A stretch of DNA of 64,000 nt, from IMG/VR virus record IMGVR_UViG_3300045971_000356, positions 64,001 to 128,000 of that record; one strand, given 5' to 3'. Origin of the DNA: a virus. Under the pieces are notes generated by a model. It worked only from the letters and a program-made list of their open reading frames with translations, was not told where the DNA came from and searched no databases. This document shows, piece after piece, positions 57,572-64,000 of this stretch. Position 1 is the stretch's first letter. Each line of letters starts with the position of its first letter. The translations under genes were made by a program, and so were the position numbers.

Positions 57572-58932
57572 TGTTTTTAACCGAATTTTTTAAAGATGAT
57601 GAGCGTGCTCAGATTGAAAGATTACGCGGCACTATTCCACTTGAAACCTGGTGTTCTATTCTCGAACATCACTTAGTCAATGACAGCATACCACTATTGG
57701 AATCACTTGATCAGAATTTAGTTGATAAAATTAGAAATACCCAATCGTTATCCGCAAGCGTGTCAGTGGGTGACGAATGTATAATTATGCCAATTATTAT
57801 TATCAATAATACGTTACAAATATATGACACTCAAGGAAATTACCCAGCAAAGTCTCAAGTGGAATTTAGTTTAGTAACAGCGAAAGACGGACAGGTTATA
57901 ACAGTTAAATTTAATGATGGCACAGTGTCAACCTTTCCAAATGAGAGATTGTCAAAGCTAACTTATATGACGGTGATTTTATCCAAAAGTAAACAAGACT
58001 ATAACAAATTGCTGACATGGGTAAAATCAATAAGCGATACTGATCTTCCGCCAGTGGCGACCTTGGCAGAATCAAAATTGATGGAATCTGCGACCGCAGA
58101 AATCTACCACTATGCTAACACGAGCCTTGCGGCAAAGATAATGCGTGACGGTATGTTCAAGTTGAGCAACACTACAGGCAACCAATCTGAAGAAAAATAC
58201 GCATTGCCTGGCTATCCATATTTTTTAAGCACTACTCGAAGTAAAGTGGGTGACTACCATCGCTATGCTGGCTCATCAGCCTGTATGTTTGTTCTTGATG
58301 GCAACTGGTTTAACCAGCATTATAAATCACGCCCAATAGATTACTGGGATCGCTCGTGGAACTATCCTGATTCCCCACGTACTCGTGAAAGTGAAGATCG
58401 TATTTACAGCAAGTCCCCGTCTATTCCGTTAAACGGCGTTAAAGCAGTTCATGTGTACATTCAAGAACAAAGCGAGTATAGAAGTCCAGAAGTTCGCGGT
58501 ATTTTAATCCAAGCTAAGAAGATGGGCATACAAGCTTATCTATACACTGATGAAACTGCGTGGAGATTACAAAATATTCGCCGTGCTGTAACACCAGGAC
58601 AAGCCGCAGCGGTGCTAAAAGGTCCACAACAGCCTGGTTATTCACGCCAACCGTATGACGCAGTTGAGCCATGGTTAGAACTAATCATGAAAAAGAACAA
58701 GGCAGAGTTGTCACCCAAGGCAGAGAAATTGCGTTATAATTTAGTGTACTATGGATCACGATACGAAAACGAGGACAGTGGATTGTCGAATGACATGGCA
58801 AACTCCCGCAAGCCAGACTCTGGCGGCTACGACATCGCAGTGAAGATAACGGACTACATGCGTAGAAATAGAATACCAGATTTGCTTACATTGAAAAACA
58901 TGCTGGTTAAAAAGTGGGATAACATCAAATGA
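57571..58932 (+). CDS. Two-domain tagged protein; second domain ADP-ribosyltransferase-like
   Basis: After LME|S: IYHY, FLSTTRS and ESEDR pattern. Confidence 0.5.
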   Translation: MFLTEFFKDDERAQIERLRGTIPLETWCSILEHHLVNDSIPLLESLDQNLVDKIRNTQSLSASVSVGDECIIMPIIIINNTLQIYDTQGNYPAKSQVEFSLVTAKDGQVITVKFNDGTVSTFPNERLSKLTYMTVILSKSKQDYNKLLTWVKSISDTDLPPVATLAESKLMESATAEIYHYANTSLAAKIMRDGMFKLSNTTGNQSEEKYALPGYPYFLSTTRSKVGDYHRYAGSSACMFVLDGNWFNQHYKSRPIDYWDRSWNYPDSPRTRESEDRIYSKSPSIPLNGVKAVHVYIQEQSEYRSPEVRGILIQAKKMGIQAYLYTDETAWRLQNIRRAVTPGQAAAVLKGPQQPGYSRQPYDAVEPWLELIMKKNKAELSPKAEKLRYNLVYYGSRYENEDSGLSNDMANSRKPDSGGYDIAVKITDYMRRNRIPDLLTLKNMLVKKWDNIK

Positions 58933-59085
58933 CTAATCAAAATAATACCCCAATTAAAAGACGAAGGTTATATAAAGAGCAATCTGAAAATTCTGTTCTA
59001 AAAAATAATGCTTCGATCGAAAATCAATTGTCGCAAACAGTTATAATAATGCGTCAAATGCATGCTCTTGTTACGAAGTTAGAAC

Positions 59086-59388
59086 ATGAAAATCAAAGAA
59101 ATACTAAGTGAGTCAGCGGATTGGATCCACAATTTTTGGCTACTTCATTCAGTGGACATTAAATCTTTCTTGGACGATACACAAAAATTATATCAATTGT
59201 ATAATGTATCATCGGAAAAAGATTTAATTAAATCTGAATTAGTGAGGACATATAGTTATTTAGATGAATTATTGCGAAATCCAAAATGGGAACACCTTGA
59301 AGAAGATCCAGATTATGACAAGATATATGATGGTTTACTTGATGTTTACGAAGGTATTCAATCTTTTTTACGAGCAAATAGTAAATGA
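59086..59388 (+). CDS. Tagged helical protein
   Basis: MKIKEILSES. Confidence 0.65.
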   Translation: MKIKEILSESADWIHNFWLLHSVDIKSFLDDTQKLYQLYNVSSEKDLIKSELVRTYSYLDELLRNPKWEHLEEDPDYDKIYDGLLDVYEGIQSFLRANSK

Positions 59389-59792
59389 AATCCACAGAGT
59401 TTATTGACGAGCATAGTAACTATGCTATCAACCCAGCATACACACCAGAGGTAATGCGTGAGCTAACTCTTATGTGCCGCGCGGCTGAAGGTTACTTTGA
59501 AAAGCATGGGTTCAAACTACACTTCACTGACCACTTTTTCGATCAGATGAAATTAAAGCGTGGCAATCGCGACATTTACACTACACAGGATTTAATGGCA
59601 ACGCTGGTGAAGATTTTACAACGCGGCATGCAGTTTTTCAAAGGCAAAGTGCCAGGCACAAATTTTGTTTTTTACGATCAGCACACTAATATTCACATCG
59701 CAATAAAGCGTGATAATGTAGATTTTTATGTTGCTACTACCACTGTTCGCGACTACAAATGGACTGGTGAAGGACAGGTGATAAGACTATGA
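59385..59792 (+). CDS. Tagged protein, possible BECR-type RNase fold
   Basis: MKSTEFIDE; FTDHFFDQ...ATTTVR. Confidence 0.5.
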   Translation: MKSTEFIDEHSNYAINPAYTPEVMRELTLMCRAAEGYFEKHGFKLHFTDHFFDQMKLKRGNRDIYTTQDLMATLVKILQRGMQFFKGKVPGTNFVFYDQHTNIHIAIKRDNVDFYVATTTVRDYKWTGEGQVIRL

Positions 59793-60097
59793 GAGCAAAA
59801 GAATTTATTACTGAGTCGGCTGAGACTATTGAAACGTATTTGGCACTTATGGGATTTTCATACACAAAGTTAGAGCAGCAGTCTTCTTTAGTAAAACAAT
59901 ATTATGATGCCCACAAAATAAGTCATGAAAAAATGAAGAGTTATCTAATAGATATCAATATAGCAATACACTCAGTCACTGACGACCCAAATGTATGGAA
60001 TAAATTCAGTGATGATCCGGAAGTTAGTGTTATATACAACAAGATAGCAACCTTGGCAAATAGCAACTATGAATATTTAGAGAGGAATACAGCATAA
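59789..60097 (+). CDS. Tagged helical protein, similar to 59086..59388
   Basis: MRAKEFITES; W....DP....IY shared with 59086. Confidence 0.65.
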   Translation: MRAKEFITESAETIETYLALMGFSYTKLEQQSSLVKQYYDAHKISHEKMKSYLIDINIAIHSVTDDPNVWNKFSDDPEVSVIYNKIATLANSNYEYLERNTA

Positions 60098-60690
60098 TGT
60101 TTAACAGAATACCACTGTGGAATGAGCGGCAAATTTTAATTAGCGAATCAACATATCTTGCTGATACCCATTGGGAAAAAAACCTTGCTTTGCGCGGAAA
60201 AAAAGTTGAGGTAATGCTTGAACAAATAAGTAGTGAATTAAACGAGGTAAACATAGACAACAGCAAGGGTGCTGGTGCTGTACCATACAATGCTGACGTT
60301 GATTACTTTGGTGTTCGTGTGTTGATGGAACCGTCTACATTTTTAGCGTTAGCAGCACCACTGACAGAGCCAGTGAGCAAAGAAGGGCTAATGAAGCATT
60401 TACAAAATGGCGGTTCCATTGGTGCTCCATTCCTTGATATCAATGTGCCGCCAGAGTGGGACGATGGCAACTTCAAGCAGTATGCTAAGATACGCGGGCA
60501 CGAAGGTCGCAACAGGATGATGGCAGTTATGGATCTTGAAGGCGATGCTCCTATTGAGGTGCATTTGTTTTTCAAGCAGTATCGCCGCCGCGAAGTAACA
60601 GATCAGATGATTGCTAAGGCCAATGAGGGTATGATTAGAGAACAAACGACCACATTGATACCTGGACCATTGTTTAAGGTAGTAGCATGA
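60097..60690 (+). CDS. ParB/Srx-like domain protein
   Basis: IGAPFL...GHEGRNRM. Confidence 0.6.
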   Translation: MFNRIPLWNERQILISESTYLADTHWEKNLALRGKKVEVMLEQISSELNEVNIDNSKGAGAVPYNADVDYFGVRVLMEPSTFLALAAPLTEPVSKEGLMKHLQNGGSIGAPFLDINVPPEWDDGNFKQYAKIRGHEGRNRMMAVMDLEGDAPIEVHLFFKQYRRREVTDQMIAKANEGMIREQTTTLIPGPLFKVVA

Positions 60691-61130
60691 GAGCAACTGA
60701 ATTCTTATCTGAAGGTATTATCAACTGGGTATCAAGAAAACTTGGTAGAGCGTGGGGCAAGCCCGGAGACGTAGTACATGGTAATGTGGTGGCAGACTAT
60801 TTAGAAAATTCAACGTACCATACAGAAAGCAAGCTAAAAAAAATTAGAAAAAGTAAATTTCAATTGACTAATTTAGATTTAGCGACAGCCGAGAAATACA
60901 GGCATTTTACTAACTCCCAAAATCACGGGTCCGTTATAGATATTGACAAATTAGATAATGCACGGCAGATGAAGATTACATATGACAGCTTGATTAAATA
61001 TCCCCCAGTGTTAGCACACGATGGATTTATTTGGGATGGCAATCATCGTCTTGAACGAGCAATAGAGTTGCAGTTACCCAGCATTCCTGTATTATTACAA
61101 GTTAGTATGGATAAAAGGAGTAGTATATGA
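60687..61130 (+). CDS. Tagged ParB/Srx-like domain protein
   Basis: MRATEFLSEG; PPVL...IWDGNHRL.RA. Confidence 0.7.
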   Translation: MRATEFLSEGIINWVSRKLGRAWGKPGDVVHGNVVADYLENSTYHTESKLKKIRKSKFQLTNLDLATAEKYRHFTNSQNHGSVIDIDKLDNARQMKITYDSLIKYPPVLAHDGFIWDGNHRLERAIELQLPSIPVLLQVSMDKRSSI

Positions 61131-61268
61131 ATGATCAACCAGAAAAATTACAATTCAATATTGACGGCTCAATTAAAGAAAATAGTCAACCCATTGATGC
61201 CGCACAAGAAAAAAAGTATTTAGACGATCTTGCAGTAGAGATAAATCAATGGTGTGAGGAAATCTTAA

Positions 61269-61748
61269 ATGCGAGCAACTGAATTTTTACTTGAAGCAAC
61301 CGGTGGGATCATGAACATTTTGCGCCGTGAGTTACCGGGCTGGCCTGATTATATTATCAAGGATATGGTCTACACTACTATCAATAATCAGAAAGATTTA
61401 GAAGAGAAGATAGAGCATGTACGGTGGTTAGCAACACAAATTTCATCTTGGAAATTCTATCCTAAAATGCCACTTACATTTGATATGCTAAGTCAAGACA
61501 CACAAAAGAAAATGAAAGTTGATCGTAACTTTGGATCTAAGAATCCGTTTGGAGTCGTTAACGATGAACAGCGAAGTGCTACTGCTGATACTATTGTTGG
61601 CAGTAAGGGGATGGAAAATTTGCCACCAGTGATAATGGTTAAAGAAGCAGACGGGCTCGACTTGTGGGAAGGTTGGCATAGAACCATGGCAGCATTTCGG
61701 TCTCACCCAGAAGGATTTAAAATAAATGCGTGGATAGGACAAAAATGA
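61269..61748 (+). CDS. Tagged ParB/Srx-like domain protein
   Basis: MRATEFLLEA; PPVI...LWEGWHRT.AA. Confidence 0.7.
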   Translation: MRATEFLLEATGGIMNILRRELPGWPDYIIKDMVYTTINNQKDLEEKIEHVRWLATQISSWKFYPKMPLTFDMLSQDTQKKMKVDRNFGSKNPFGVVNDEQRSATADTIVGSKGMENLPPVIMVKEADGLDLWEGWHRTMAAFRSHPEGFKINAWIGQK

Positions 61749-62398
61749 GAGCAAACGAATTTTTACTTGAAGGATTAAATCATCCAATGATTGTAGTGGA
61801 TGTACAGCCAGAGTACGCTTACTATACACCACAGACTGAAAAAATCTGTGCTGACATTATTCGCTTTGTCACTAAGCAAACTGGTCCAGTGTTGATGCTT
61901 GTCAATGCTGAGGATTCTGGCGTATCTGCAGACACAAAAGAGTTTATCACACAATATTGGAACAACATAGATGTTGAAGATTGGGACGACGAAGATCCGT
62001 CTGTCGTAACCAACAACGTTAACTGGTCGCGGTTTACCTTCATTGATAAGGGATATGGCCACCTTAGGTCCTGGATGGATCAAGGTGTTCCGCCCGCCGT
62101 TATAATTAAAGTGATACGAGCAATGTATCAAGAAAAAGTAAACGATAGCAGAGAATTATTTGGCGGCGAAGACTCTGATGAATATGAAGCAGGAATGCAA
62201 ACTCTTATGGGAAATTATGTCAGTCATGCCATAGGCGGTGATTGTATATCCGTTGGTTGGGCGTGTGTTGCTACATTGAAAAAATTTAGTGGTGCTTACT
62301 TAGTTGGTGGCGGAAGGAACGAGTGCTTACGAGAAGTTGAATTATTGATGAATGCGTTTAACATTAAATATAAGAGAATAGACTCATTAGTATACTAA
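61745..62398 (+). CDS. Tagged cysteine hydrolase (isochorismatase/nicotinamidase-like)
   Basis: MRANEFLLEG; IVVDVQPEY, DKGYG and GGGRNECL. Confidence 0.6.
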   Translation: MRANEFLLEGLNHPMIVVDVQPEYAYYTPQTEKICADIIRFVTKQTGPVLMLVNAEDSGVSADTKEFITQYWNNIDVEDWDDEDPSVVTNNVNWSRFTFIDKGYGHLRSWMDQGVPPAVIIKVIRAMYQEKVNDSRELFGGEDSDEYEAGMQTLMGNYVSHAIGGDCISVGWACVATLKKFSGAYLVGGGRNECLREVELLMNAFNIKYKRIDSLVY

Positions 62399-62399
62399 T

Positions 62400-63518
62400 A
62401 TGAAAATAAACGAAATATTACGAGAATTAGCCTACCCAGGCAACATTGGGATTATGGAACTAACTAAGTTCTTTCAGATGGCCACTGATGAGCAAAAAAT
62501 GCATTTTAAGAAATTAAAAGCATCAGGCAAAACAGAAGCAGCATGGAAATTTATGCAGTCTGTCGTTGATGTTAAGCTGCATGAAGGTGGCTGGGCTAAC
62601 CCAGTTACACAAGGAACGCATATTACACCACAGTTAGTTGACATGGTGTTTAAAGTATTGAACATTTTCGTTAAACGATTAAATGTATTTCTACAAAGCA
62701 AGGAAATTCCGCCAGTTGAGTTAGGTAATCCTTGCGGTAGCACAACGTATTATAAACGTGATTTAATGCAAAACCCCACCCGTGAATACGGTGACATAGA
62801 TGTCAACTTGTTCATCCCACGCATTGAGGGAACAACAAATAATGCTAACGCTGATATTATCCGCACTGCGGTTCAAGAGTTTTGCGAAGGTGACCCAGAT
62901 TTCCAAACAAGTAACGGAACAAACGTTATCGTTAGGGTTGGAAAAGACTATATACAAGTTGATTTAATAACGGCGTTTTACCACAACAAAGAATGGACTA
63001 ATGCATTAGCACCTGAATACAATGTCAAAGGTGTGTTATGCAACAGCATTTACTCATCACTTGGCGAAGCGTTAAGCCTTAGCATTGGTGGTGGACATGG
63101 TGTTCAAGGTAAGTTTGATAGCGAAGGAAACTTAGTGCCGTTCAAAACAGTTAAAGGAGTTACTCTTAAAACGATCACAAACAAACCAGACTCGTGGGCG
63201 TTAGACATTGCTAAGTTCTTTGGATGTAAGAAAATACACCCATTGCTTAAACAATATCCAGGCAAGTTAGACGAAGTGAGAGTTGCTGACATGATAAACA
63301 GTATTAAGGGAATTGCACTATCCATGGAGTTAAATGGAGTTGGTAACTCGTCAGAGTTACTGCAAAAAATCAAATCAATATACTTGGGCAAAATAGAGAA
63401 GGCTGCAACGAGCAGCAAGTATGACAAAGCAGCAACGCCCGAAGCAAAAGCAAAAGCAGATCACACTAAAGAAATGTTGATACAAAAGTCAACTGAATTT
63501 GCCAAAATGTTTGATTAA
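62400..63518 (+). CDS. Tagged Pol-beta-superfamily nucleotidyltransferase
   Basis: MKINEILRE; GS...GDIDV...QVDL. Confidence 0.65.
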   Translation: MKINEILRELAYPGNIGIMELTKFFQMATDEQKMHFKKLKASGKTEAAWKFMQSVVDVKLHEGGWANPVTQGTHITPQLVDMVFKVLNIFVKRLNVFLQSKEIPPVELGNPCGSTTYYKRDLMQNPTREYGDIDVNLFIPRIEGTTNNANADIIRTAVQEFCEGDPDFQTSNGTNVIVRVGKDYIQVDLITAFYHNKEWTNALAPEYNVKGVLCNSIYSSLGEALSLSIGGGHGVQGKFDSEGNLVPFKTVKGVTLKTITNKPDSWALDIAKFFGCKKIHPLLKQYPGKLDEVRVADMINSIKGIALSMELNGVGNSSELLQKIKSIYLGKIEKAATSSKYDKAATPEAKAKADHTKEMLIQKSTEFAKMFD

Positions 63519-63544
63519 GTTGTTTTAATACAACAAAATAACCG

Positions 63545-63573
63545 TTGACTTTTGGCTCAAACGGCTATACAAT
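63545..63573 (+). promoter_or_regulatory. Early promoter, ATG 6 nt downstream
   Basis: TTGACT-17-TACAAT. Confidence 0.7.
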
Positions 63574-63579
63574 AGCCGT

Positions 63580-63732
63580 ATGAAGCAATTAATGTACGTT
63601 TACACTTCCACCCGCAAGAATCTGTGTGGTGAACTTACACCAATCGTGATTGAAACCAATCTCACGTATGCTTTGCCTTATTGGCAGGCACGAAAACGCA
63701 GTAATCCCAAAATATTTTGGAAAATTGCTTGA
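63580..63732 (+). CDS. Small hypothetical protein
   Basis: Manual translation MKQLMYVY...IFWKIA*. Confidence 0.5.
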   Translation: MKQLMYVYTSTRKNLCGELTPIVIETNLTYALPYWQARKRSNPKIFWKIA

Positions 63733-63785
63733 CTTTATTGCCTTTTGGCTGTATAATACTCACATACACAAGCAAAGGAAGTAAA

Positions 63786-64000
63786 ATGAGCACACATTCA
63801 GTTATTGGTGTTATGCACGGGGATAAATGTAAAGCAGTTTATTGTCACTGGGATGGGTACCTTGAACATAACGGGAATATGTTGTTAAAACACTACGATT
63901 CCGCCAAAGCAAATCACCTCGTTTCGTTGGGCTCCGTCAGCGCACTAGAACGCTCTGTCGTGCCCGCAACTGAAGCCCACAGCTTCGACACCCCAGAGAC
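63786..64000 (+). CDS. Conserved phage early protein (partial)
   Basis: MST.S.IG...YCHWDGY; promoter near 63729 and SD AAGGA. Confidence 0.7.
   Translation, partial: MSTHSVIGVMHGDKCKAVYCHWDGYLEHNGNMLLKHYDSAKANHLVSLGSVSALERSVVPATEAHSFDTPE

Noticed and set aside
1-64000. Stop-codon reassignment
   Set aside because: TAA, TAG and TGA all end genes at expected positions; the interruptions at 21211 and 47984 are isolated, and the latter is a frameshift.
1-64000. tRNA or rRNA genes
   Set aside because: No cloverleaf with a T-loop GTTCRA context was found by eye in intergenic gaps; tRNAscan-SE would be needed to exclude them fully.

Overview
This 64-kb window is from a large T4-like (jumbo-type) myophage genome in the standard genetic code. 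No tRNA, rRNA or CRISPR array was seen. Recognisable genes include a class II ribonucleotide reductase fractured by a split intein plus a free-standing endonuclease, glutaredoxin, PAAR, SleB hydrolase, rIIA/rIIB, a DNA methyltransferase, a four-gene NAD salvage set (pnuC, nadR, nadV, nadM-Nudix), a macro domain, Hsp20, ClpS, a split RNA ligase, lipoproteins and many small early ORFs behind near-consensus sigma70 promoters. About 11 homing-endonuclease-like genes are present, most on the minus strand. The most notable observations are: (1) a family of about 15 unrelated late proteins sharing an N-terminal M-[KR]-x-x-E-[FI]-[IL]-x-E tag resembling the T4 capsid-targeting sequence, with amidoligase, ART-like, ParB/Srx, cysteine-hydrolase, nucleotidyltransferase and GNAT-like cargo; (2) endonuclease cassettes that supply replacement gene ends and promoters, with the displaced original ends still visible; (3) an RNA ligase split without intein or intron; (4) three different covarying leader RNA motifs (before two GIY-YIG genes, before the NAD salvage genes, and before hsp20 and a phasin-like gene); (5) a (TTCA)22 microsatellite in a vestigial nadV start; and (6) many apparently leaderless genes. 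All product calls come from motif recognition by eye; no database searches were run.
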